From: Octopus sinensis | Taxonomy: Eukaryota | Reading direction: 5' to 3' | Length of the DNA stretch: 64,000 nt | NCBI RefSeq assembly: GCF_006345805.1 | Contig: NC_042997.1 | Location: 145,018,001-145,082,000, forward strand | Shown: positions 38,630-52,096 of the stretch, piece after piece | Numbering within the stretch: the stretch's first letter is position 1 | Layout: each line of letters begins with the position of its first letter | The notes under the pieces: model-generated | Database searches by the model: none | What the model was told of the DNA's origin: nothing | Seen by the model: the letters and a program-made list of their open reading frames with translations, nothing else | Program-made: the position numbers and the translations under genes

Positions 38630-39455
38630 AAGGCGGCGGGCTGGCAGAAAAAATTGCTTAGCGTACCGGAAAAAATGCTTAGCGGCATTTCGCTAAGGTC
38701 GACTTTGCCTTTTATCCGTACGGAGTCGATAAAATAAGTACCACTTGAACACTAGGGTCGATGCAATCAACTTAACCCCTCCCCCGAAATTGCTGGCCTT
38801 CTGCCAACATTTGAAGCTGATATTAATTATACACAGGGCGGCGAGCTGGCAGAAATGTTAGCACGTCGGGCGAAATGCGTAGCCGTATTTCGTCTGCCGT
38901 TACGTTCTGAGTTCAAATTCCGCCGAGGTCAACTTTGCCTTTCATCCATTCAGGGTCGATAAATTAAGTACCAGTTACGCACTGGGGTCGATGTAATCGA
39001 CTTCATTCGTTTGTCTGTCCTTGTTCATCGCCTCTGTGTTCAGCATCTTGTGGGTAGTAAAGAATAGGTATTTCGTCTGTCTTTACGTTCTGAGTTCAAG
39101 TTCCACCGAGGTCGACTTTGGCTTTCATCCTTTCGGGGTCGATAAATTAAAGTACCAGTTGCGTACTGAGGTCGATCTAATCGATTGGCTCCCTCCCCAA
39201 AAATTTCGGGCCTTGTACCTAGAGTAGAAGAGGACATTAATTATACACATAAGGCGGCGACCTGACAGAATCATTACTACGCCGGAAAAATGCTTACCAG
39301 CATTTCTTTTGACTTTTCAAATTCCGCCGACGTCGTCTTTTCCTTCTATCCTTTTGAGTTCGATAAAATATTGCCAGTTGAGCACTGGGATCGATGTAAT
39401 CGATTTACCCGCTTCCCCGAAATTCCTGGTCTTGTACCAAAATTTGAAAGCGGTA
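38630..39455 (+). mobile_element. Stack of three family B SINEs
   Basis: Heads at 38630, 38836 and 39251, separated by ATTAATTATACACA(T) copies. Confidence 0.9.
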
Positions 39456-39536
39456 TTAAATATACACATCTTGACGATTATATGTTTTTTTTACTAAAAT
39501 CATATATTAGTATATTATACTTCACTATTTTATATG

Positions 39537-39646
<110 letters not shown>

Positions 39647-39659
39647 GTTTATATATGTT

Positions 39660-39702
<43 letters not shown>

Positions 39703-40321
39703 TATACACATATATATATACACATTTGTGTGTGTATGTATGTGTGTGTGTATGTGTGTGTATGTGTGTGTTGTGTGTGTGTGTGTGTGTGTGTCTGTGT
39801 GTGTGTGTGTGTGTAGATAACATATAAAACAGAGTTTGCTGTGATATATCTTTAGTTTTAAATTAAGTCTGTCTACTTTGAAGTTTTCCACTTTGAACAC
39901 CGCGGTACATTCTAAAATGTACTGAAAATTAATTTTTACTAAATATAACAAAACAAACACCTGATAGATTATGTGATAAGGTATTGGTTTCGGGACTCTA
40001 TTGACACTTTTTTTTTTCCGAATCCTAATTTTATCCTCTTTTTATATATTTATTTATTTATTTGCTTCATTATTGGAAATATTGCTGCCGAAATTAATGA
40101 CTCGTGCAAAACTTCGAATCATTTGACTTTTTCATTTTTTCTTTTTTTTTTTAAGTAAGTTATATTTATTTATTTGATTTTTGAAGTAATTTTTTTACTT
40201 ATTTATCATTTGATTTTTGAAAAGATTTATTTATGTATTTATTATTTGATTTTTTAAGAATTATATGAAAAAGAATCTCTACATGCTACATATATCTTTG
40301 TCAAATTACATTAATAGAAAA

Positions 40322-40710
40322 ACCGTGGCACTCCGTCGGTTACAACGACGAGGGTTCCAGTTGATCCGATCAACGGAACAGCCTGCTCGTGAAATTAACG
40401 TGCAAGTGGCTGAGCACTCCACAGGCACGTGTACCTTTAACGTAGTTCTCGGGGAGATTCAGCGTGACACGGAGTGTGAAGAGGCTGGCCCCTTTGAAAT
40501 ACAGGTGCAACAAAAACAGGGAGAAAGAGTGAGAGAAAGTTGCGGTGAAAGAGTACAGCAGGGTTCGCCACCCTTAACCCCTGCCGGAGCCTCATGGAAC
40601 TTTCGGTGTTTTCGCTTAATAAACACTTACAACGGCCGGTCTGGGAATCGAAACTGAGGACATACGACCGTGAGTCCGCAACCCTACCCACTGGGCCATC
40701 GCGTTTCCAC
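40322..40710 (-). mobile_element. SINE family D, tail variant 2
   Basis: tRNA head GATGGCCCAGTGGGTAGGGTTGCGGACTCACGGTCG..TTTCGATTCCCAGACCGG; body CAACTTTCTCTCACTCTTTC shared with the 52097 copy. Confidence 0.85.
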
Positions 40711-40871
40711 TTTCCCTAAAATATATAGATATCGACTCCGCCGCACAATGTGTTCTGCAGCATTGATCTGAGTTCAAATCCCGCCGATATTGAGTTACTT
40801 TTCCCCGTTCTAGGTTCAATAAATTAAAGTTACCAGTTATTTACTGAGGTTCCATATAATCAACAGTTCCC

Positions 40872-41500
40872 TCTTATCTTTTCCTTGTTTCACCTATGGC
40901 GCGGTGGTCATGCTGGGGCTCCGCCTCGAAAGATTTTAGTCGAGCAGTACTAGTTCTTTTTAAAGTCTTGTACTTATTCTACCAGTTTCTTTTTGTCGAA
41001 CTGCTAAGTTACGGGCATGTGAACAAAGCAATATCAATTGTCAAAAAGTGGGGACGGACAAACGAAAACACACACTTACACATAATCCACACATATACAT
41101 ATATGCGCAGGAATGGCTGTGTGGTAAGTAGCTTGCTTACCAACCACATGCTTCTGGGTTCAGTCCCACTGTGTGGCACCTTGGGCAGTGTCTTCTACTA
41201 TAGCCTCGGGCCGACTAAAACCGTGTGAGTGGATTTGGTAGACGGAAACTGAAAGAAGCCCGTCGTATGTATTTATGTGTGTGTATATAGTTAAGTGTCT
41301 GTGTTTGTCCCCCTACCATCGCTTGACAACCGATGCTGGTGTGTTTACGTCCTTGTAACTTAGCGGTTCGGCAAAAGTGCTTGAAAGAATAAATACTAGG
41401 CTTACAAAAATACGTCCTGGGATCGATTTGCTCGACTAAAGGCGGTGCTCCAGCATGGCCGCAGTCAAATGACTGAATCAAATAAAAGAGTAAAAGAGTA
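40872..41500. mobile_element. Family A pair: minus-strand 3' half (40872-41090) and plus-strand full copy (41105-41500)
   Basis: Family A motifs in opposite orientations. Confidence 0.85.
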
Positions 41501-42224
41501 AATATGTACGCACACGTACACACGACGGGCTTCTGCACAGTTTCCGTCGACCAAATTATTTCCCAAGGCATTGGTTGGCCAGGAGCTGTACTAGAAAACA
41601 CTTGCCCAGGGTGCTTCCCAATGGGCCTGAACCGGAAACTATGCCAGTACATCATTTTAATTTTCTTTCTTTCTGTCCAAGAAATTATTATTGAGGCTGT
41701 GGAGTGGCAAAACCGTTAGAGCGTTGAACCAAATATTTAACCGTATTTAGTTACAGCTCTTTACGCCCGTCATCTTTCCGGGGTCGATAAAATAAAACCA
41801 AGTACTGACCGTGGATGTAATTAACTTGTCTGTTCCCATAAATTCGTGGCCTTGTGCCATTATTAGAAATTATCATTTGAATGGCACAGTGGCAGAATTG
41901 GTAGAGCGCCGGACTAAATATGTGGCGCTTAGTTACATCCGTTAATATTTTGTGTTCAAATTCTGCTGAGATTGACTTCATAATAAGACGATATGACGAT
42001 CTAATGCTCTTAGCTTAGTTTTTTCCCTGGGACTGGCCAGATTGGAGCAATCTCAAGAATAATCATCCGAAATTGAAAGGATAATCTGGTGCTTGATTGA
42101 AGAAAGAAAACTTCGAATGACCCATCTTTGTTTTCTTTGTATCGTCTATCTGGATGTTTTGTTGTCCCTTTTTTTATCACCTAGCTGTCCGGATGTTTTG
42201 CGTTCTTGACCCATTTTGTGTGTG

Positions 42225-42266
<42 letters not shown>

Positions 42267-42696
42267 CGGCGTACGTACACTTTGTTCTCTTATATATATA
42301 TATATATATATATAAGAAAAAGTGAGACTAAAAGTTCCTGGCAGATATCAAGTAAGCACTCAGTATAAAGGAATAAGATTAAATTTCCAACAAATAGATA
42401 CCAGTAAATTTATGCAGAATACAAATCCCAGGTAAATCTTCATGTATGACAGGTAAATTGTCATGTACACCACACAGGTAAATCCAACAATCCTTATGTA
42501 GAATTTTAAGAAATTCAGAGTATTTAACAACAATCAATAACATGTACGAAGAAAATCATATTTTCATTTTTGATCACACCTTAAAAATCTAACAATATAT
42601 GTATGTATATGCTAATGTAATTGAAACAAATGTTGGATATTTAAGGCGTGTTCTGAAATAAAAATATGATCTTGTTCTTACATATTATTGATTATA

Positions 42697-42772
<76 letters not shown>

Positions 42773-42897
42773 TGTGTGTGTCTGTGTCTGTGTCTGTGTG
42801 TATGTGTATAAAGTTAATCGACACTAATCGTGACTGCTTTATTAATGATTACGATAAATTTTTCCTTTATGATTATATTGTGTTTGGGTGCTTATAT

Positions 42898-42929
<32 letters not shown>

Positions 42930-42939
42930 ATATATATAT

Positions 42940-43200
42940 ATAACGGGAAGCTTTATGAAAATAAACAAAAGACGAAGGCAGGTGGAAAACAAACGAACAA
43001 TTGTATAGTATGGCGCTCAGGAAATATAAATAAAACAAGTCTTTAACGTTTGAGCCTACGCTCTTCAACAGAAAGATACACAGAGAGAAAAAAAACACAG
43101 AAAGAAGGAGAGAAAAAAAATGCGTGCAGTAGCTAACGAATCAACATGGCGATCTGATTTCGGCCAGAGGTCAAAGATCAAACATGAGACGCGAGAGCGA
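42940..43200 (-). mobile_element. (TA)n-embedded hammerhead element, family H2
   Basis: TCTTT-CTGTTGA-A-GAGC-GTAG-GCTC-AAAC-GT-T-AAAGA at 43076-43040; homologous to 59975-60165. Confidence 0.7.
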
Positions 43201-44396
43201 AATAAGGGGAGATAATAGGGTTGATAATAGGGTTGAGGGACCAGCTAATAGTGCGTAGGAGGGGTCTGGATGTGTGTATGTATAGGGTTGGTGTATGTAT
43301 TAGTATGTATATATATACAACCACACACACACATACATACATATATACATATACGACAAGCTTCCACACAATTTCCGCACACGAAATTCACTCACAAGGC
43401 ATTGGTCGGTCCGGGGCTATAGTGGAAGACACTTACCCAAGGTGCTACACGGCAGGACAGAACCCGTTACCACGCACTTGCAAAGTAAGCTTCTTAACCC
43501 GACAGTCAGGCCTGCGCCCACATAAATAAAAAGTGGGGGAACACTGCAATTTAGTTGGGAGATTTTTTGTCTATTCTCCACCTTTCCTTTTTCCTGTCTT
43601 TTACTTATTCATATTTATATTTTCTTTTTTATCTTTGTCTTTCTTTTCCTTCGTTCTTCGTTTCTTTTTTTTTTTATTCATTTTTCGTTCCTTTCTTATT
43701 AGTCCTTTCGACCCAGTTTCTTGCGAACTGATATAAGTGACGTAATTCTAAGCAGGATATAGCAGTTATAAAAAAATAAAAGCAGGATATAGCAGTTATA
43801 AAAAATAAAAAAGGAGAGTGTCTCTAATTAAACTTAATCTTTCAGACACGAATTATGAGTTAGATATATTTCTAATTATCAAATGTAAAATTACCTTGCT
43901 GTGAAAGAAGGAAATTATCTGAAATTATGAAAGAATGAAATTATCTGAATTGTTTGAAGGTGGGGGTGCGTAGAAGGGAGTGACTCTTGCTGTTGTTATT
44001 GCTATAATTATTATTTTCATATTTCGACTTAAACCCTTATATGCCCATAAAACATGAAGTCTTAAAATTTTGCTGTATTTAGATTAAACATTATGGTAAG
44101 CTTTCACAATCTGGAAGAGAAGGATAGTATGCAACTGTTAGCTAAGGGTATCGACTACCTACTGAACATTTCATATGTTCAGTCAGATGCTTCCCGGCCA
44201 ATTCAGGTCCAAACAAGTAGGAGCAGGTTTTTCGTTGCGAAAACGCAACCAGGCGTGTATATAACTCCAAGTTCCGCTGAGGTCGGTTTTGCCTTTCATT
44301 CTTCCTGGGTTGAAAGCTTCAGTTGAACACTAGGGTCGATGCTGTTGGCTAGCTCCCTTTCCCAAAATTTCAGGCCTTGTGCCTATAGCAGAAATG

Positions 44397-44444
<48 letters not shown>

Positions 44445-44448
44445 AATA

Positions 44449-44802
44449 AAACAAGAGCACACAGAGAGCGCAAACCTCCGCCAAGGCAACACCAACGTCC
44501 TCTCAACGATTAGCCAGAGTTGATTTTTAAAATGAGAATATCTGAAATAAACTCGACTTTTCTGACAAACGAGAATACTAAGAATGAACCCGACCACTCT
44601 CAAAAATTAAGTAAAGAAAAATGGAAAAATAATCCAGAATCCTTGTCCGGTAGCGGATCGATCCCAAAAGCCAGTCACGAAGCCAAACATCCCTGAAAGT
44701 TTCATCTGAATCCATCCTGCGATTTTTGAAATATTTTGTCTACGGACAAACAAACAAACATAACTGAAAACAATAACTCCGCCTAAGCGAAGGCAGAGGT
44801 AA
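44449..44802 (+). mobile_element. Helentron/DINE-1-like non-autonomous element
   Basis: AACAAGAGCAC.CAGAGAGCGCAAACCTCCGCC start, (CAAA)n, terminal CTCCGCCT..AGGCAGAGGT hairpin; closely similar to 49578-49991. Confidence 0.8.
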
Positions 44803-44971
44803 TAAAGAAAGAAAGACAGCATCATCATCATTATTATTATTATTATTATTATTATTGGTGGATTAGGCTCCGCCAATAATGGCTCCTGATGCACAGACAC
44901 GCTCTTAGGTTACATCACCCGCACCGATTTCTGGACAGTGAGCGTGTGCCCTTGTGACAAATAAATGAAAT

Positions 44972-45578
44972 CATTATTACTATTGTTATTTCTCTTTATC
45001 ACAAGTTTTGATGGAGCTCCTGGAGTCTTGCATGCGTAGCGGGCTTGCGGTAACTATCACACTATCCGTTCTTTTCAGCTATCTAATACTTTCCAGATTA
45101 TTCTGACTGTGCCAAGGAGGCAAAGCTTTTGTAACAGTTCTACTGGGCACTCTATTCCAATTTCCTTTATATTCCTCTTGATGCCTTCTGATACTATTCC
45201 CAATGACCCAACAATAGTTGGCACTATCTTCACCTTTTTCATTTTCCATAGCTAGGCTATTTCGAACTTAAGAGGGTTGTGTCTCTCTTATATCTATCGA
45301 TCTTTTCGCCTTCCTTCTTAATTATTCCTCTCAACACATGGCCATGATGCTCCCCCACTACTTCTGCTCGTGATCAGAGATGCACATATCGTCAGCCACT
45401 AAGGGACATACTTAACTGGTTAAGGTCAAACAACTGACAAGCAAATCTGTGGTATTGAACAGAATATTTGCTGCAGCCCGTCATTTATACCAAGACAAAA
45501 CAATGTACATGATAATACTTCCAATCAATTAAGATCAGAATCCATGGGAGTCACTGCCTGGTACTGCATCAGGGCATT
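44972..45578 (-). mobile_element. Chimera: family F 5' part fused to an R4/Dong RLE 3' end
   Basis: F sequence 45578-45327, then RIIKKEGEKIDRY..WKMKKVKIVPTIVGSLGIVSEGIKRNIKEIGIECPVELLQKLCLLGTVRIIWKVLDS* (stop 45075-45077); TAA-type repeats on both sides. Confidence 0.8.
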
Positions 45579-45595
45579 TATCATTATCATTATTA

Positions 45596-45647
<52 letters not shown>

Positions 45648-46569
45648 GAGAGCGGCGAACTGGCAGAATTGTTAACGCGTTGAACAAAATGCTTAGCGAC
45701 AATTTTTCCGGCTCTTTACGTCGTGGGTCCATATTTCCCCAAGACTGACTTTGCGTTTCATCTTTTCGGGGAGGATAAAATAATAATCACTTGAGCTCTG
45801 GAGCTAATGTAATTGCCCAACCCTTCTAAATCGACATCACCCTCCCACTAAAACTAGTGGCCTTGTGCCAAAATATGTGGTGTGAAAACGTCTTTTTTAC
45901 TCTCCCTTCAAAACGTTGCCCTGTAAGATTTTCTTAAGGGTACTTGTAAAAAGAAACACAATTGCCTAAGGACGGACCACCCTCAATAACCGAAGGTTGA
46001 CAACAGAAAAATGAAGCTTCTTGCAGAAACTTTTAAAATTTATTTACACACGTTACATTTTCACATCCAAAGTGGTGACCATACATAATTATGCCATATC
46101 ACAAAATACTATGATGGCTGAAACAAAAGCAAAAAATCAAAAAATACAACTAAATGTACAAAAAGAAGATAAATGAATGCTAAAGTAAAGAATTTAGAGA
46201 AGAAAATAGCCTGAATACTAAAATAGTTTGGAAGAAAACGATAGTGACAACAACAGAAGCAAATCTTACACAATTTCAAAGATTGTGGTTCATTTATAGA
46301 GCAGCTATGTGGAAACAAATCTTCTCTCAACACTTAATGAATAGACAGAAGTTTTGGAATTATCACGGTTACGAGACAAAATTTTAGATGGAAAATTTTT
46401 GCGAAGCCCAATTGGATTTCTTTCCTGCAGAAGAAGCGAAGAGAAAATTTATAAATCTCTACATACGGAAGCGTTTTAAGTTTCGCCTCACATTAAGTAA
46501 TACATGCCCTCCAGGACATATCGGGAGAAATTATCACAATAGAAAATGGTAAAATTATTCATGGATCTT

Positions 46570-46955
46570 CAACATAGGTTCCAGGTTCAGCCCCACTGCG
46601 TGGCAACTTGAACAAGTGTCTTCTACTACAGCCTCGGACCGACCAAAGCCTTGTGAGTGGATCTGGAAACTGAAAGAAGCCCGTCGTATATATATAAGTA
46701 TATATATATATACGTGTGTGTGTCTTTGTGTCTGTGTATGTCTTTTTGTCTGTGTGTGTCTGTGTCCCATCACCGCTTGCCGGTTTTGTTGCGTTTACGT
46801 CCCTGTAACTTAGCGGTCCGGCAAAATAGATCGAGAAAGTAGTTACCAGGCTTTAAAAAATTAGTACTGGAGTCGATTCATTCGACTAAAATTTCAAGGC
46901 GGTGCCCCAGCATGGCCGCAGTCTAATAACTGAAGCAAGTAAAATATAAAAGATA
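46570..46955 (+). mobile_element. SINE family A (5' end clipped)
   Basis: GGTTCAG.CCCACTGCGTGGCA core to CCCCAGCATGGCCGCAGTC tail. Confidence 0.87.
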
Positions 46956-47549
46956 AAAAATACTACTGATAAAACCAATTTTCTATTTTGCTTGTATGGA
47001 ACCCCCCACCACACCCCATTCCACCCATCAAATCTGATGTGGGCGCCCGGGGGTCATATGAACACCGGTTGAGAACCACTGGTCTAACCCATAAATTGGG
47101 ATGGAAGAATGTATTTAGAAACGTTTAATTGTTTATGTATATATTTGGTGAATAAGAGTTATGCTTACATTCAATGCAAGACAGTAACTAGAACAGTAAT
47201 AAGAGGTATTCTCCACATTAATGTAACCGGAATAACATAGAACAAAATGCTTCCAAGTTACTTTCAAATTAAAAAATAAAATCTAAATTTATAAACCACG
47301 AAATCAAACTTACATACTCAAACAATTTCGGATATACAATAGAAGACACAAGAAAAGAATAGTTTGGGGAACATTAAACTGAATGAAGAAAAAAAAATAA
47401 CACAAACAGCAATAACAGTAACACTGTCAATATCACGAAAACTAATAACATTCAGTGGATCAAAGCATCATGGGTGAAAAGTGGTGACTCGGTTGGTTAG
47501 AGCCAGCTTATTAAAAAGGAGGAAGAATGGAGAAGATAAGTCACAAAAG

Positions 47550-48480
47550 TCAGCGCCTCTTATGCAGGAAAAGGGGACGAGGCTGTAACATACCACTAAG
47601 TTTTACAGAAATGGAGGGAACATCCATATGCTCCCGAGAAAGAAGAGAAAAAGACCTCGTGGTTGTTTGAAAGGATATGTGTTCTGAGACAGAATATCTA
47701 GAATTGTCTGGTCTTTAAGACCGAGAATCAAGCGCGGTGACAGCTAGATCTGGTAATCCACACGCCTGTCAACAAATTAATGTCACTGTACATGAATATC
47801 AGGCACCTGAAGATCACGGTAATAGAAGCTAGCCCAGACGTAGACTCTTTGATATGTCGTCACATTTGTCAACGATATGGACGTGCGAAAATGCGGAGAT
47901 GAGCTGCGTTTGAGAAGAATTTCTATGGACATCCAGGCCCTGATGAACCTACAAAATAATCACAAGGATGTCTTGGAGCTACATATGAAGGGAACAAAGA
48001 TGAGATTAATTTCACTGGTGGTGTATGGACAACCAGTTGCTCCCCGTGTTACAGTAAAAACCAGTCAAGAACGTTCTGTCCAGAAGAGAAAGCTCACAAG
48101 AAAGAGGGCCGAGATAGTAATAAAAACAACAGCGCCAACAACAGAAGGGTTCATAGGTCCAGATCATCAGCGATCTTAGGTTCAGAAAGCACTGGATTTA
48201 GAACAAACGAAATGGCCTCATCTTCAAAACCAAAAGCGTCAGGCACTGACAATGACGAAGAAACTGAGAGTCCCTTCCTCTTTCCCCTCCACCCATTTCT
48301 CCTCTTTTTCTTCCTCCTCTTCTTTATCCTCCAATACAGACATGGCAGCCACAAGCTGCATTAACATACCATAGACTTGCACCGACGGGAGGAGATGGAG
48401 ATGAAATGCAAGAAAACTATCGTAAACGGTCAGAAAAAAGGGGACAAAGTAAAGTAAGTGTGAATCCAGAAAAAAGTCAT
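47550..48480 (+). pseudogene. Eroded L1/Tx1-like ORF1 remnant (tentative)
   Basis: Degenerate CX2CX4HX4C knuckle CSPCYSKNQSRTFC at 48038-48079, preceded by VVYG.P and followed by low-complexity charged sequence. Confidence 0.38.
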
Positions 48481-48589
48481 GCATGGAGGTACTAGTTCCT
48501 CACACCCACCCTAATGGAATGTTTGCATTTTACTGTAATTCAATGGGTAAACTCTGGCCTAGTTAATAATAATTATTTCAGATTTTTGC

Positions 48590-48785
48590 CACAAGGGCAG
48601 CTTGGGAAAGGTGGGGATGAGTCGATTACATCGACACCAGTGTTCAACTAGTACTCATTTTATCGACCTCGAAAGGATGAAAGGTAAAGTCGACCTCAGC
48701 GGAATTTGAACTCAAAAGGTAGCGACGGGCGAAATTCCGCTAAGCATTTCGTCCAGCGAGCTAACGATTCTGCCAGCTCGCCGCT
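48590..48785 (-). mobile_element. SINE family B monomer
   Basis: GAAAGGATGAAAGG core and GCCAGCTCGCCGC head. Confidence 0.87.
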
Positions 48786-49179
48786 TTGGCATAATTGATA
48801 ATAATGCTGATTCTAGGATCGGATGCATCAAATAATTATTGGGGAAATAACGAACAAGAACTAGAAGCCTGTAACTAGTAAATGAGAGTTAGAGTCCACA
48901 TCAGCTGTCTACCAACGCCTGAGAGACCACAGCCCAGATGCGGTTTTGCTAAGGCTGAAAATGTTTACGAATGGGAAGTCATTGGAGGTGAAGGGGGTTA
49001 GATTGTGGGGTGGTGCCTTGTTTCTCTGTAAGTGGAATCTTTTCACTACAATGTTGCTGGTTTGTCTTGTCTTAATATATTTTTATATTGTTTTTGCTCT
49101 TTTGATAGCTTAGCTTTCGAATGGTGCTACCTTGCGGGCTAGGCAGCTGAGCTATCTCCTGAACAGAGCGCCAGTTCGT

Positions 49180-49315
49180 GGTAGCGTTACCCAGTTACAG
49201 CTGAGTGGACTGCAGCAACGTAAAATAAAGTATTTCGTTCAAGAATACTACGCGCAGCCGAACCGGGATTCAAAAGCGCAATATTGCGAATGTGAGTATC
49301 AGAGCCTAACCATCA
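49180..49315 (-). mobile_element. SINE family C, degenerate
   Basis: CAGCTGAGTGGACTG.AGCAACGT.AAATAAAGT is the reverse complement of 59695-59740. Confidence 0.7.
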
Positions 49316-49351
49316 ATCAGGTGTCTACACACTCACACACACACACACACA

Positions 49352-49392
<41 letters not shown>

Positions 49393-49577
49393 TACACACA
49401 TACAGAAATATTTAAAGCATCTTTTGAAGAATATGTTTTGTATTGTATATATGGGCCCTTGTGGCCAATATAGAAGATAACAACAATGGCAAGAAGAAGA
49501 AGAAGAAGAAGAAGAAGAAGAAGAAAGAAGAAGAAGAGAAGAAGAAGAACAACAACAACAACAACAACAACAGCAAT

Positions 49578-49991
49578 AACAAGAGCACTCAGAGAGCGCA
49601 AACATTCCCCAAGTCAACACCAATGTCCTCTCAGCGATTAGCCAGAGATGATGTTTTAAAATGAGAATATCTGAAATAAACTCGACTGCTCTGACAAACG
49701 AGAATATTAAAAATAAACCCGACTGCTCTCAAAAATTAAGTAAAGAAAAGCGGAAAAATAATCCAGAATCCTTGTCCGGTAGCGGATCGATCCCAAAATC
49801 TACGGCATTCGTGCGTGCGTTGTCTACCTGATGTATCTGTGTATAGTCACGAGGCCAGACATCCGTGAAAGTTTCATTCGAATCCATCAAGCGGTTCTTG
49901 AGATATCTTGTTCACGGACCGGCAAACAGACAAACAAACAAACAAACAAACACGACTGAAAATACCTCCGCCTTCGCTAAGGCGGAGGTAA
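49578..49991 (+). mobile_element. Helentron/DINE-1-like non-autonomous element
   Basis: Same family as 44449; perfect 12-bp terminal hairpin TACCTCCGCCTT-CGCT-AAGGCGGAGGTA at 49963-49990. Confidence 0.82.
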
Positions 49992-50169
49992 AAATAATCG
50001 TTATTTTTATTTCTGGAGGAGGTGTTTAATGATGTTTTGTTGTTTTGTCCTAAAGATATTTTTCAACAAAGTTTAATCCGTACTTGAGCGTTGTCATGTC
50101 GAGGTTTCCATACTTCAGTGTTGATTCGATAACTTCAGCCTCTCCATCTCCTTTCTATTACTGTCTCTG

Positions 50170-50263
<94 letters not shown>

Positions 50264-50537
50264 CCTTCCCCCTCTTTCTCTCTACACCAATTCCTTTTCT
50301 TGAATTACATATGTATGGAAGAACGAGAGTGTATGAGAAGAATAAAATAAAGATAGATGAATAGACAGACACACACACCACGCGTACACATAGAGAAGGA
50401 AAGAAATTTTTTAGTTTTCCATTTTCTCAATCCGTTAATGACCTCCGTTTCGGGCAATCGATTCATAAGCTTGATTGCCTTTAGGTGCGGATAAATAATT
50501 CTGTTTATATTCTCTCTCCATCTCTCTACTCCCACCC

Positions 50538-50640
<103 letters not shown>

Positions 50641-50641
50641 T

Positions 50642-50674
<33 letters not shown>

Positions 50675-50828
50675 AAAGAAAACAAAAGGAGACGAGATAG
50701 AAAGAGATGTATGTACATTTATATCTATAGAAATACTTGCATTTGTATATGTGCGCGTGTTTTTGTGTGACTGTATATATATATATTCATGCACGTATAT
50801 TTAATCTAATATAGTATATTAGTATAAT

Positions 50829-50889
<61 letters not shown>

Positions 50890-51864
50890 ATATATAATAT
50901 ATGATATAATATAATATATATATATATACGCGCGCGCGCAGACACAGACGCATGCACACACACATATATATATATAGAGAGAGAGAGAGAGGAGATACAT
51001 AGATATATAGATAGATAGATAGATAGATAGATATAGATAGATAGATAGATAGAGAAAAAGTGATATAGTTATGTATGTATACGTATCTGTATCTATGTAC
51101 AGATGCACACACACACACACACACATGCACACACATACATGTGTGTGTGTGTGTGTGTGTGAATTCTCTTTTTATCCGTCTATCTACTTTTTTGGCTTTC
51201 TTCCACTTTCCTCTCCCACCTCCGTAATATATGTACCACGTGACTTCGTGACTGTTACCAAAAAAGAGAGGTAGCTAAAAAGTATGTTAATAACATCGTT
51301 TACCATTAAATTGGGCATGAGGAAATGAATGTAGTATTAAAGTTGATAGTGGATGGTATATATGTGGTGGTGGCGGTGGCGGTGGAAATGTTTGGTTTTT
51401 GTGTAACCTTCGAAATGTGATGCAACGATCACGTGTCCTAAAGATGCCGATAATGGCTCATATTCTCACGTTTTCGGGAAACATATGCATTCATAAGCTT
51501 ATATTTGCTCGTAGAGTGTTTCTCGCTTAGTCCAGAGTTCCAAGGAAGATTTTAGAAACTTTTGAAGTGTCTAGTTGATTTATTAGATTCTGCTGTTTGG
51601 TTTTGTGAGACACTAAGAGAACCTTTACGCGGCTACTCTGTCTGCAGAAATTTCAATCAAATCACCTTCAAATAATCTTTTACCTTTGATAGTATCTTTT
51701 TAACAGCTTAAATCTCAGTGAAACGATATAGCACTAAAATACTTTCTGGATTAACCTTGGACTTCTTCAAACGTCTGTTGATACCGCTGTTACTGAAAAA
51801 TATTCTGGGTTTTCTTGACAATGGAGTAGATTTCCATTATATTCAAGTCAATTATCTCAAATAT

Positions 51865-52078
51865 TGGTTTCAAATTTTGGTACAACGCCAGCGATTTCAG
51901 GGATGGAGGCTCGTCGATTACACTGACCTCAGTGTTTAACTGGCACTTATTTTATCAAGCCCGAAAGGATGAAAGGCAAAGTCAACCTCGGCGGAATTTA
52001 AACTCAGAACGTAAAGACGGAAGAAACGCTGGTAAGCATTTTGCCCGGTGTGCTTAACGATTCCGCCAGCTCACCTCC
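51865..52078 (-). mobile_element. SINE family B monomer
   Basis: Core and head motifs as in the other B copies. Confidence 0.85.
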
Positions 52079-52096
52079 GTAATTATTTCAAGTATT

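Noticed and set aside
43751-43809. 30-bp tandem duplication
   Set aside because: Ordinary slippage duplication with no associated element.
46100-46520. YRAAMWKQ-like motif suggesting a transposon ORF
   Set aside because: A single short motif with many stops; insufficient support.
50400-50510. Unique island with a small hairpin and an open minus-strand frame
   Set aside because: Weak splice signals, a 7-9 bp stem and no recognisable homology.
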